Source of the DNA: Bilabrum cf. latius
Taxonomy: Eukaryota
Assembly: GCA_965178125.1 (NCBI GenBank)
Contig: OZ237765.1
Span: 372,001-436,000 of the forward strand
Length of the DNA: 64,000 nucleotides
Direction of reading: 5' to 3'
Part shown: positions 52,101-64,000 of the stretch, piece by piece
How the letters are laid out: every line of letters starts with the position of its first letter
Numbering within the stretch: position 1 is the first letter of the stretch
Made by a program: the position numbers and the translations under genes
Notes under the pieces: generated by a model
What the model was told of the DNA's origin: nothing
Database searches by the model: none
The model's input: the letters and a program-made list of their open reading frames with translations, nothing else

Positions 52101-54104
52101 CCAGCTGCACTACCCCTGCCCGCAATGGATCACATGGCTGTCCTGACGCACTCGTCACGCGCATGCGCCGAGGTGCTGCCCTTGGAGATTGCGGGTACCT
52201 CGACTGCCGATCGCATTGCAATCGCCCTCGCTGCGTCGCGCCTGTGGCCGGACGGCGCGAGCGCTGTGGCGGCCAGGTGCCTCGAAGGGCTGGACCTGCC
52301 TCTGCAAGCGAGCTACATCGCAGGCGCTCCCATGGCTGCAACGGGTGCTGCCGTTGAAGTAGAGGCCGATGCACGGTGCCGTGCTATCGACTTCAGACAG
52401 CATCGATTGCTTGAAGCCGTGGATCGGGCTGTGGCGGGGGCAGCGTCTGGTGCTCAACTGCGAGACATTGCCGGGTTGTCAGTTGCACTTGCTACCGCAG
52501 TCCCACATCTGACTCGCCCTAACTTGTCCGGCGAGATGACGGTTTCAACTGTTGAACGGAATCTCGGGCGACTTGCTTCGCGGCTGGCCCGGCAAGCGCT
52601 GGCCTGTGCCAGGCGCCAGTTGCAGGCAGGACTGTCGGCAAATGAGCAGCAGCGCTTGCTGCTTGCATTGGTTGACGTGCTGTGGTCCACAGCCTGCATG
52701 GGCGCGCTTGATGATGATCTGGCCGCAGGCGTGTGCGCTTGGCTCGAGCATATGGCACAGTCCAGCGATGTTGCTGTTATGTCGGATAGCTTCGGCCATG
52801 TCAGCAAAGCATTGGCCGAGCTGTCAAAGTTCCACCCGCTACTCAGCGCTGCTGAATTCGCGGCAAAGAAATCGGGATCCAGTGCCACCAGCGACCTGGT
52901 GCAGATGCATTCGGCTGAACGGGGCAGGGACGCTGGCGATAAAGGCGACACAGCCGAGGACCAGGCGGCAGGTGCTGGTGTGTACAGCAAGCGGCGGTCG
53001 CAATGGGTTGGCACATCGCGGAGCCAGCAGTATCCGAATGATGACATGCTGGAGGCAGGGATGCAGGAGCTAGAGCTCATGGGGTGCGATGACGGTGACT
53101 CGTTGACCACGGATGAAGCCATTCGCCAGACTTGCGAGGAGCGGCCCAGCGGTGCATCTAGCCTGCTGCAGCAACATGGGGTGCATGGAGATTTCGAGGA
53201 CCTCTTGGACGAAGACAGTCATGCCAACGGTGACGAGAATGTAGATGGAACCGTGCCAGACGAGTCGCAGGGACTGCCTGACCTAGCCACTGGTGGTGCT
53301 GTTTAGGGCTCAGCGGCGGATAGTCCGGCAGCACCGACGTGGCTGCAACGGATGCTTCCTGCGATGGCGAAGCATCCGTTGCAGCCTCACCAATGGTCCG
53401 CAGCACAGGCATCGCGATTACTACAGCTGCTAGTATGGTCTCACGCCCTTGCGTCGAGCGAACATGCTAGCCTGTCGGGCACGCAAGAGGAGGCCGCAGA
53501 TGTGAGCATGGCCAGCCACGAAGGCCTTCCTTCCGGCCTTCAGGCCATAGCCAGGTGCTTTGAATCACCTTGGGCGGTACAGCTGCGCGCCCGCAGTGTG
53601 ACGAGTGATTCGAAGGCCTCAGCCGGTACCAAGGAACTGTTGCGCAGACTGCGGAGCTCGATCCAATATACTTCGGGAGCTCGGGCTCCTTCGCAGGCTG
53701 TGTCGGATGGGAATCAGACCGAGGGAGCACAGGTCAGGGAGCAGCGGGTGGATGCCCGTGTGACGATTGGTATCCGGTCGAGCGAAGGGGTGGTTCTGCC
53801 TGCTCTCGTTCGGCACACCGGGACCGTTGTAGTGGCAGCTGACGAATTGGAGCTAGCCCCCGTGGAGGGGCTCGGTGCGGGGTTCGATCCCGGGTGCCTT
53901 GTGGCCGGCGCTCGCCTTCAGCTAGAGGCTTGGCGGGCGCATGGACTTGAAGTGGTGGTGCTACCGAGGCATCGCCTGCGCAGAATGAAGAACAAGGATC
54001 TGTTCCGGAAGGAGGTGGCTCGGCTGGCAGAGTTGCATGGGGCTGCTCGTTTAGCTGCATTGCTGAGTCTGGAAAGGGGGGCAGGTCCTAATCCGTAGGA
54101 TTGA
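49158..54104 (+). CDS. Probable mitochondrion-targeted helical-repeat protein with C-terminal RAP domain (FASTK-like), about 1648 aa
   Basis: One frame through about 10 TAGs, ending TAG-GAT-TGA. Arg/Ser/Leu-rich, acid-free N-terminus (MLH*WRRGFQQLLRRHLG...). The C-terminus GCLVAGARLQLEAWRAHGLEVVVLPRH resembles a RAP domain. Confidence 0.65.
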
Positions 54105-54250
54105 ACCAGTACGGCGGCTTGCCGCGCTTTTTGTGGCCTATGCAGCACTGCGTTCGGTGCGGCTACGATCGGATTATTTCGTCGTCACATTCGTTAGTTT
54201 CTCTTTCGTGGCTCATCAGTTGTATATCTATAGGGCATGCTTCAACTCAG

Positions 54251-57200
54251 ATGAATTCGAGCAAGCGTATTGACCGTGTGGTGAGCTATGTACGCGCACA
54301 AGCATCCTACCTACTCTCACAGAGGCACAATAAACTAGAACGTATTGCTGCCAGTCTTGTTGCACCTGTCGCAGGCAACCTAGCTCAGGTTCTACTTCTC
54401 GGATGCAAATATGCGTCGAGATAAGTATTTGAAGTCAAACTTGAGCTGCGGTGCGGCACCAGTATCCCTTTTGCTCTCGTTTCGACGAATAGAGCAATTA
54501 CTGTCAGGCCGAACTCTTCCTGAGGCGCTCAAGGATATCTTGCTGGCTGCTCGGTAGACCCCTAATTTGACTGTTGTAGCTTTGTCACCATATTCACGGG
54601 ACTATCTTTCGTCTTCGCGTCAATGGCCACCAAAGAGGGGTGTTCGGTTGACGAGGCGAGGCAATACAATCATTCCGCCCGTCGATGCTCCTAGCAAAGA
54701 AAGTATCGGGTCAATGGAGTGGATTCAATCATAGATGCAGTCTATACAATCATAGGCTGTGCGCTCTCGCCGTGGGCGTGCCGGGGAATCTCAGAGATTC
54801 GACAAAACTGAATCTGCAAGGCAGCTGGCACGAAGTGTCGGCATCCGACGCGTGCTCGCTGACCGTGTGGAAGAGCGACCGGATGCAGTCGTCTACATTG
54901 AAAGCATTGATCCTGGCTTCTGGGACAGAGTCGACTAGCAACAGCTGCGGTCTTTTTTAGAAGGCAGGTTTGGTCCCACGCATTACGTAACGGTGCCCAG
55001 GGACAGAGGCACTGGAGTCCCCTTCGGTTACGCATGGGCAGAATTCAAGCTGATCAAAGATGCGACCCGGGCTGCTGCAGACCACGCGTGGAGTGCGGGC
55101 GGCACCGAGGCAAGGCCAGCCACGGGCGGTGCATCGACAGCAGGTGCTGGCACCAAGCAAGGCCACGATACCAATATCCCACCGCAGCAGGTTCAGGAGA
55201 AAGCCTCGAGCGAGCATGGCCATGCCCCGACTGTTGCTGGCATCAAGCGTCCCCGAGTAGCCGCCCTGAACCCATCGCTAGACGAGGACGAGAGCGAGAA
55301 CGACACGCAGAGCACAGCTCGCGAATAGCCTGACCACAGTGCTGGCGGTGCTTCATCCGCCGCATCCGCTACAACGAAATCAGCAGCGCAGGTCGAATAG
55401 CTGCAAAAGGTCGAGGGGCAGCGCCCGGCCAAGCGAGCTAGAACTGAAGCTGAGGCAGCGGATCGGCCCGTGGTAGATCCAAGCAAGGGCAGCGATGGCG
55501 CTTCGACCGACGGACTGGACGACCAGAAGGGCAATTCTCGAGACTCTGGGCAAGACAAAGAGAGCACTGGTAGATCCAAGGTGCAAGCTTATGCGGTTAG
55601 TGGTGCAGATGGGGATCGCTGGAGCCGAACGCACAGCAACGAGCAACCAGTACTGACCGCCCCTTCGGATGACGGTCCCGAAGAGCCCGCACAGCCAGCA
55701 AAGACCGCCACTAAGCGCCACAGCGCGCTTGCTTAGAGCGTCCGCGACCGCATGGCTCGCATCCAGAGATAGTCTGCCCCGCGGCACGCGTCGCAACCAC
55801 CGGAAGAAGATGGATACTTTCCCGGCACCTAGGCTACTACAGGAGTTGGCGGTGCAGGGGTTGGCGGTGCAGGCGCACCACAGGCCCTACCGCCCGCCCC
55901 TCTTTCTGGGTAGCAAGCGGAAGATGGCCATCACAACACCGACCCCTTCTTGAGTGCCTACCCAAAGCTGCGTTTGCTGCAGAAAACAGGCGTGCTGGAC
56001 GAGAGGGGTGCCTCGATCGGCGCAGTCGAGACCTCCCCTGCTTCGCTCATGCAGGTCCCTCCGGTGGAGATCGTACCCCCGGATCACCCCACGCTCACCA
56101 CTGCGCCCACAAGCTCGGCAGCACCGGCAGCGGAGGGCCTTAAGAGGATGAAGATCAAATCGGGGGCGTCAGACTCTTCCTCTTCCTCCTCCTCCTCCTC
56201 CTCCTCCTCCTCCGCGTCCTTCCGATCGGGTCAACCCGCCACCGGTCTGGCTGCGCCTGCCCGTTGCCTCGCAGACCTAGAGGAAGGCTGGGGCGGGGTC
56301 GGTCTGCGGTCATACAGCGTGCTTGGTACGAAGCAGTATGGGTTGGCATCGGGTAGCCAGCTGGTGGCTGCAGGGGCAGGCCGCGTGGTAGTGCAGGGCT
56401 CAGGTCCGACATCGAACCAAGGCACACGTGACGGTGCCACATACGGCAGTGGTGAAGCGTCGTCGCGGGACGTTTCAGGCGCATCGAACGGTTCCAACGC
56501 GGTCAGATCTCCTCAGTTGTCCTTTGACCCCTCCAGTCTCCGTATCATGACCAAAGCGCAGTACAATGAAATGCAGCAGGCACTCGGGATTGGAGGACCG
56601 GCAGATGAGCCTAAGCTACAGCAGACCTCTCGATCGGCTACTGCTGACCCTGCGTGCATCGTTGTGGTGCAGGGCATTCCCGCGGGCTGCTCGTTCCGTG
56701 ACCTTCGCATCGTGCTGTCAGAAGGGGGCCCAGTCGCCTTCCTGGATTTCACTGAGGCAAAGCGAGTCCAATTGCAGACACATGGACAAGGCCCGCTTCT
56801 AGTGCAGTCACCCTAGGCAACTTTGGGCCAGAATGGGGCGGGCCCTGGACTACTGCCCCTCCCAAAGGATGGTGGGGGTGGTGATGGTAATGGTGCTGGG
56901 AAGAGCGGCGAAAATCAAGAAGCAGGGGAGGTTGCATCAGCATCGGCTGCTACGGCTGGTGAAGCAGATGGCAACCTTGCAGGCGAGCAGTCGCATACTG
57001 CGCTCACTTTGGTCTCCTCCTCGGGTGCTGCTGCGTACGAAAATGTCCAGTCGTCGGTGTTTGGCGAGATGGATGTATCCCCTTTCATGGCCGGGCCTGT
57101 GGTCCATGGCATGAGCGACGGGGACAGCGAAGGCGCCGCTTGGTAGCACTATCGGGGCAGCGGTTTCGCGGGTGGGTCTGTTCCATTCACTGGCAAAGAC

Positions 57201-57500
57201 GGAGCGGGCGAGCCAGGATCCTTAGACCCTGGAGGCACAGGCGTTCTTGGGCTGCTGGAGAGTGGCCGTGGTGCGACTGTTCGATTCAGCACGGCGGCAG
57301 CGGCAGCGAATGCAGTGGCTATGTGGCGGAGGCGGGCTCCGGTCGTAGATGCAGCGGGCCTGCAGGTGACCTCGCTACTCTCCTGGGGCCAGACGGAGGT
57401 AGAGGCAGTGCTAGCACGGATTGGCAACTCTAGGCGTGGATACAAGAAGCGCGGCAAAAAGAGGCGCGGCGCTCGCGGGGCTCCGAAAGCGCGATTTTAA
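54251..57500 (+). CDS. LARP7: La-related protein 7-like (La motif + RRM1 + C-terminal xRRM), about 1051 aa
   Basis: Exons 54251-54280 and 54375-57500. La motif AT*LRFYFSDANMRRDKYL...LLSFRRI; RRM1 VVYIE...FGPTHYVTVPRDRGTGVPFGYAWAEF; xRRM CIVVVQGI...LRIVLSEGGPVAFLDF...ATVRFSTAAAA...EVEAVLARI. About 13 TAGs; ends TAA. Confidence 0.82.
56175..56213. repeat. (TCC/TCT)n tract encoding poly-Ser in LARP7
   Basis: Read directly. Confidence 0.9.
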
Positions 57501-57747
57501 TCGACGTTGCAATCCAGACAGGGAAAAGAGAGGGGTGCATTGGTTTTGGCTAGCCCGTTGAGGCCATGAAGGATGAGCGACTAGTCTATACAGTAGAAAT
57601 CGGGAATCTGGGATCCGGGGATACAAAAAGACGAGAACACTAGGCTAGTCTGTCAGATTGAAGTTTTTATTCCTTCTGACCAAGCGTGTCCTCCGACTAT
57701 TCTAGGGCTAGGCGATGTAAAGCGATCAAAATTTTAAAAAGGATCAA

Positions 57748-60700
57748 TCAAAACCCGAACCCCCCAGGCGTCCCAGCGCCGCGCCCCCACATCCCTGGGA
57801 CACCAACTTGACCGCGGCTATCCTGCCACCCGCCGCTGGTCACAGCTGCCATACCTGCACTGGTTGCAACTGGTGCACCCCTCGAATCGAAGGGCTGAGG
57901 GTGACCCCCAGACCCAGCCCCATGAAATCCGGGAGCTCCGAAACCGACGGGCCTCGGCCCCTGTCCCACCCCTGGGTGCACTGCGTGCCCGGCTCCTGGA
58001 AGGCTGGGTGGCCCTACCTGCGGCCCTGCTGCAAAAGGTCGGGCCATTTGGGCCCCCGGTGTATCGCCAGGGCGCAACATGCCGGGTCCAGCACCAGGTG
58101 CTCCACCATGTCCACCATGCATGCCTTGCTGCTGCATACCAGGACCCTGTGACCACCTCTGCTGGGAATGCTGCTGAGGATGCGACAGCGGTGGCATGCC
58201 GGCGGCGTGCTGATGATACCTATGAGGATGAAACTGAGGTCCAGCAGGGAAACCAGGTGCCCTTGGAACGAACCCACCGTGGCTTGGCGGCCCGACCGTG
58301 CCCATCGGAGTGAAGTCACCCGGCTGTGGGCCCGCCTGGTGCTCTGATGTGGCGGGCCGGTAGAGGGGTGACGCAGAGGGCCACATGCTGCGACTTGCCG
58401 CATTGTCTATGCCCTTGTTAGCACCCGCCATGCCACTAGAGGTGACTGGGCCCGGCCAACCTCCGTACTCGCTGCCATGCCCGCCCCCGCCCCCGCTGTT
58501 GCCGTGGATCCTCCCGCCCGTATGAGTTGGATCATCCCCTAGCAGTCCACGAACAGAGTCTAGCATGCTGGAGGGCATGTCAGCCTCGCCATCCACGCCC
58601 CCAACACCGCCATACGCGCCAGCACCGCCACTGCCACTGCTGCTGACAACGCCCATGCCCCGCAGCTCGCCTTGTGTCGGCATGCGGTCGCGTTGCGGAG
58701 ATGTTTCCGCACTCCCTGTCCCGCTCCCAGGAAGGTTGCCACCAATTCCGGGATGGTGACCGTCTGATGCACTAGCATGCAAGAAACTACCAGACGCTGA
58801 CGTCCGTCCAGACGCCAATCCATCCGCAGAGTGACGGCTGCTTCCGTCCTGACTCAGGGAACCGTTCCCAAAACCTGCATTTGAAAGACCAGTCACTGCA
58901 TCCAGGTCAAATGCGCCGCCCTCCGTGAGCATTATCCCATCGCCTCGCACCAGAGGTATGGCAGCCGAAGCCGATTCCAGCATGGCCGAAGCTCGCGGGG
59001 CAGACCCATGACTTGGGGGATAGCCAGGCGTGTGCTGCAGTGAGAACTCAGCCTGCCCCCCATGACCGGGCATCGCATGGTGGTATGGCCCTGGCGGCCC
59101 TTGATGCATCGCGTGGTGACCGAGGCTGAGCCCACCCATGCCGGCGAGGCCGCCCTGGCCGTGCGCTTGCCCCATCAAGTGCAGTCCAACCGCCCCGCCT
59201 GAACCTTGTAGAAGCGGCGACCGTCCTGAAGACATGCCGCCGCTGCCACTCACCACGCTGCCGGATCCCACGTCCGATGCCACGCTGCCCGTGCCCGTGC
59301 CGAGCACAGCAGTGGATCGAGGTGCAGAGGGCGGGCTCACATGGGCCTCCCCAGCCTTCTCCGCGCTGTCCAGGAGGTCAAATAACTCCTGCCCAATCCT
59401 GGAAGCCTCGTCCACTTCGAAGGACTCCACCTGCCTGCGATGGCTCGGGGCAGACACGCGCCCTGAGTCATCGCTCGGACGCATGACCGTACCCGATGAA
59501 ACTGCCGCACTCAAGGCCGCACCAACATCCATCGGACTGGCAGCCCGACGGTTATGTGGGCCGCCTTGCGAGACAGGCAGCTCTGCTGTCCCAGTGCCGG
59601 ATACAGAGGCCCCTGCAGATGCTCCCAGCGACTCAGACAGGAAAGCCTGCTGGGCAGCAGTAGCAGTGCTTGTGCGCGAGTCGCCCAAGCTGTCCTACTA
59701 ACCTCGGCTGGAGGAACTGAAACCACTGTTTGCCGACTGGAGCTGTCGCCCTGGTAGCGGGGGCACGCTTCGGCGCTACATCGGACTCATTTCACCCATC
59801 AGAACTGGTGAACTTCCCGCAGATGGAGGTGGTGACCCATACTCGGGCTTAGGGTCTGCACCAGCTCTTGTGGGGCGCGAGGGGGAGGCATGGTGCTTCT
59901 TTGGCCTTTGGTCCGCAAGATTTGCGTCATCCTTAGCAGAACGTCGCCGAGACGCTCCTGCCGAATCTTGCACGGAAAAGGAGCCGCTTCTTTGCGACGA
60001 AGAGGAGGTTTCGCTCGAGGGCTACCGACTGCCGCCCTGCGCTTCGATCTGCTTGAGCCTCTTGATCTCGGCGAATGACATGATTGCTTGCTTTTTAGGC
60101 GCAGCTTTGCTGTCTCCTTTCGCATTTGCATGGCGCTCTGCTGCTTGGCCCTTGGATTTGCCCCCGGCGGCTCTGTCGGGCGAGACTGCGGATGCCTTGC
60201 TGTCTGTATCAGGACGTAGAGGCGTGGTGGCAATATCATGAGCCTTTACCCCTTGCAGCTTCGAGTCAGGTGTCTTGCGTCCCGAGTCTGCTGATGAGTC
60301 CGAATCTGCTGTCTTGCGAGCGACTCGCGAGCTCGTTTGCTGCGATTCAACCGTAGCATTTCTGGACTGCTTCGGCAAGGCACTGGGGGTGGAGGCGGAG
60401 GTGCCTCGGGACGAGCCTGCAGGTCGCTGGTGGCTTCCGTTGCGTGTCCTACTTGATAGCGAGGGGAAGTCCTCTAGCTCCATCGTCTTCGAGTTGGCCT
60501 GCAATGGGGATAATGACACTGTCTGTACTGTCGCAGTGTGGGCAGCTTGGACAGCGCTAGATGAATGAGGCACGACAGCTGCCTTGGTTGCTGACTGCGT
60601 GCGCAGCGTCCGCTTCTTCGCTCCATGCGCCACGTCACTTGAGCCTGGCTTGCATGGGGCCTCGGTTTGCATGCCTGTCAGCACCTACGTGGACTTCATC

Positions 60701-63700
60701 TGCCGCAGCGCCTGCCTGGCAGCAGACGGCCTTGTGGCCTTGCTCGATTCTCCCCCTTGGGCGTGTGTGCCGGTGCCCCGCTTCAGCTTGGCTTGACTCT
60801 GGTCTGCGCCAGAGCTGGGAGCATATGTTTTGCTATGCTCGGATTGAGCCGGCTCGCCAGCCAGACGATGCCTGTCTCCCTTATTGCCCATAGGAGAGTG
60901 CTGCGGGGTGCGCCCCGATGGTGCGGCTGCGCCGGTGCGAGCAGCTTCGCGGGCCCTTGCCTCAGCCTCTGCGGCTCGCTTCTCCTCTTCTTTTTCCATC
61001 TGCTCGTTCTTCTACCTTTCAAGCTGCTGCAGCTACTTCGCAGCCAGTGCCCGCTTCTCTTCCGCCTGCCGACGCGCCTCTTCTGTCCGTTTCTCTTGTT
61101 CCTTCTTGGCAGCCTTGGCTACCCTCTACCTCTGAATGCGCGCCTCTGCTTTGGCCCGCTTTGCAGCAGCCTTAGCCTGCTTTCGCTTCTCCTTCTCTTC
61201 GGTCTGCTGCATCGACTGCTGCTTCTCCTCGGCAGCGAGCTAAAGCAGCATGTCGTGCGCCTGCCTCCGCCTCCTGGCATGCACAACCGAGGCCATAGCC
61301 TCACGAGCCGCCAGAAGCCTCACGATGCCAATCCCGGCAGCGAGGCCGAACCTGACCTGCTCCTTCAGTCGCCACTCCACATCCTGCACCATGCCCCTGA
61401 GCCCATCACCCATCTTGGACGAGACCCGAAGCTCCGAGATGGAGGGAAGGTCCATAAGATCATCGTGCGGCTGTTCAACATCAGCAGCTGCGGCAGGTGG
61501 CGCTTGTGCTTTATCCTTGCCTAGGCCTATATGCGACGCATCGGGCCTCGCCAAGGAATCAGACGCAGACCCAACAGCGCCATCACCTAAATCGCCGGGA
61601 CTGCCAGAGCCTGAGCCACTGCTGCCGTCGGCAATGGCACGTTGGTCTGCTACCTGCTCGTTTGTCTGCCCATCCTTTCCAAAAAAGCGGTCATGCAGAC
61701 GGGAAGCGTGCTCGTACGCCCCTTCACTCTTTTCAAGCTCAACCAGTTTCTGCACCAGAAGCCGCATGGAATCTTTGAGTATGCCGAACCCAAACGTGCG
61801 GTTGAGCTGCTGGGCTGCCTCCATCTCCTCTCTGTCTAGCATGTCGGCCGCAAACACGCTCTGTTCAACAACACTACGGCTGCGCCACACGATGCGCCGC
61901 CACTGCAGGTCGTACAGCTTCATCTCGGAATCGAGGAATGCCGACTCATCTGCACGCTCCTGCGCCAGCATATCCTCAATGGATTCGTTCTGCCCGACAG
62001 ACCCCTGTGATTTGCCCTTACCGTCCTCCCCCTCCTGGTCATCTTCAGCATCCTCCTCAGCTCTTTCGCCAGAGTCGGGCTCGCCTGCCGATTCACTGTC
62101 CTTGCCGCTAGCCCCATCGTCGGCCTATCCCTTCGCCCGCGCTCCAGCGCCTGTTTCCCCGGCATCCTCGCGAGCACTACTGCCACTTCTTCCGGAGTTG
62201 CTCTCGCCTTGCTTCTTGAGAGCAGCTCTATGCGCCTCAATCATCATCCGTCGCTCCTTACGCAAGTCACGTACCTTCATCACTGCGTCGAGCGCAGCGC
62301 GATGAGCACTCTCGGAGTCAGCGTGCTCTCTCTCGCCCTCTGACCACGCATCCAAGTACTCCCTTTCCCTCCTGACCATCTGCTCAACGTACTCTTCCTG
62401 ACCCGTTTCATCTTGGTGCCTCTGCTGCGCTGCCGAAGCTAGGGCATCGCTGTTGTGCATCGTCTACCACTCTGCCTCCACCGCCGCTGCGCGACGCGAT
62501 AGAAGCTACTCGCAAAGGCCGTACTATGCAGAGAAGAGCCGCGCAGCACTCTCCACTACGGCGGCAAAAAGATGAGACCTGGCTTCGTCTATCTGTTCCA
62601 ATCGCGTGTCGGCATCTTCGGAAAGCTTAGACAAAATGGCGTGCTGCAGCGAGCCAGGCGTACCCAACGCGCTCGTATCAAGTTTCCCTCCAACCTGATT
62701 CGCGTCAGCTGTCTCGCCGTCAGCGTCTGTGCCCTCGCTTGTGCTCACAAGCCGAGCGTGCTCTCTATCAATTATCTCAAACTTGTCGCGGAGCAGTTCC
62801 AGACGAAGCAGCCCATGCTTGGTGGACTCGAGCGCGTTCCAGATCTCCCTCCTCTGCTCATACCCCTGCTTCCACCGCTGCACGGCCTACCAAACCACGG
62901 CCACGACCTGCACCCTCGGCACGTCGTGCCACAATGGACCGCTATCGTACCAGGGCATGCGGGTGCGGCCCTACAGGTCCTCCATGGACAAATTTAGGCC
63001 GCCTGCAGCACTCAGAGCTGCCACGGCAGTCTGCCTGAAGGGCATGACCACGCTCGAGGCGCCCTTGCCTCCTTTCTTCTTTCCCATCAAACCCGCTGCA
63101 ATCCGCGCCTGGGCAGCGAGGCGCTGTTCCCCGAGATCTAGGACGCTCATCAGCGCATCCACGGGGACGAGGACCCTTGCAGACTCTAGAATGGCCTCCG
63201 GGGTGAGCTCGCTGGGGTCCACTCTGGCTGGCTTGAAGCCCTTGGCGAATGCCTTGTCGTGCGTCCCGTCCTCCCTGGGCGTATCCCTCGCTGCCATCAC
63301 CGCCTTGCCCCATCGTTTCTCCGACTTGGCAACCCGCCCGCTGCTTGCGGCCGACCTCGTGTCGTCGAAGCCCATGATTGCGCTGCCTACCATTGCAGTG
63401 GCAGCTGCTGCAGGGTCGGTCATGGTGTTGTAACCCGCGTTGGCTGCCACCTTGTGCACATCTATGCCACGCACGGGCCCCAGCACCGGCCCGCCCTTAT
63501 CCATGTCCAGCAGCAGCTGCATGGCCCCGCGAGATAGCAACGGAATGGTCCTGCACCCGATCCCGGTAGCAGCGTCAGCCTCGCTGCATGAGTCGTCTGC
63601 TGCGTACATTGGGGCGTCGTGCGACACGCTGATCACCCCAGTCTGGGTAGAGGCAGATAGCAGCATGAGAAGGCAAGTGGTGATCCTTGGATTGAGGGGC

Positions 63701-64000
63701 CACGGCTTGAGGCTTTCATCCTGGCCGAAGAGGCCGACCGTAGCTGCGAAAGGGCTGGCCCTGCTGTATGGCAGCAGGGCATCTGGCTCGTGCCTCAGAG
63801 CGAATGGATCCCTGCGCTGGATGCTCCTCTCGCCCGACTGTACCACCGGGGTGCAATCGTTGATGTCTGCGCCCTCCTTCACGTACTTTGCCGCCTCCAC
63901 AGCGAGGCCTAGTCTCCGTCTTCCTTCAAAGTCACCTGACGGTATGACCACCTTGGCGACCTCTTCCCATTCCTGCATGCTGTCGACCCGCATTGAGGTG
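57748..64000 (-). CDS. Large protein (5' end outside window) with charged coiled-coil and Gly/Pro/Gln-rich tail; function unknown
   Basis: Eight track ORFs (57748 to 62971) share one frame, separated only by TAGs. The frame is open at the window edge and ends TGA 57748. Coiled-coil EEKEKRKQAKAAAKRAK at about 60950-61250. Confidence 0.8.

Noticed and set aside
454-64000. Mass pseudogenisation or C-to-T damage as the source of in-frame stops
   Set aside because: That would also create TAA (from CAA), TGA (from CGA) and many indels. Only TAG is seen, with a single frameshift, and catalytic motifs are intact.
454-64000. TAG as pyrrolysine, Leu or Glu, or leaky readthrough
   Set aside because: Diagnostic sites align with conserved Gln, there are tandem TAGs and up to about 13 per gene, and I see no common readthrough context after the TAG. 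U-to-C editing cannot be formally excluded without RNA data but is less parsimonious.
1-64000. Prokaryotic or phage (code 15) origin; CRISPR arrays; transposons; tRNA or rRNA genes
   Set aside because: GT-AG introns and eukaryote-specific genes (ARMC6, LARP7) are present. I saw no spaced repeat arrays, transposase or RT motifs, or structural RNA; the predicted tRNA-Gln(CUA) was not recognisable in this window.

Overview
Gene-dense, GC-rich, intron-poor eukaryotic nuclear DNA, probably from a heterotrophic flagellate protist (stramenopile/bicosoecid-like is my inference only). The ORF track looks fragmented because TAG is a sense codon here. About 16 long genes can be rebuilt in a single frame by reading through roughly 120 in-frame TAGs (hand count), while the genes end on TAA or TGA. 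Several TAGs sit at family-conserved glutamines (La-motif Q, ARMC6 RISQETF, P1B-ATPase LQ, OFCC1 PQP). The best model is an uncoupled code with UAG=Gln and UAA/UGA=stop. Genes found: OFCC1-like membrane protein, Cu(I) P1B-ATPase, F-box/PPR-like protein, giant PH + cNMP-binding protein, secreted TPR + PhyH dioxygenase, SAM methyltransferase, ankyrin-pseudokinase, ARMC6, a tandem block of secreted hydrolases (BNR protein, GH2 with a +1 frameshift, GH20, lipase 3), AP2 transcription factor, mitochondrial RAP-domain protein, LARP7, and a partial coiled-coil protein. No rRNA, tRNA, CRISPR array or mobile element was recognised. All translations and family calls were made by eye, with no database search.
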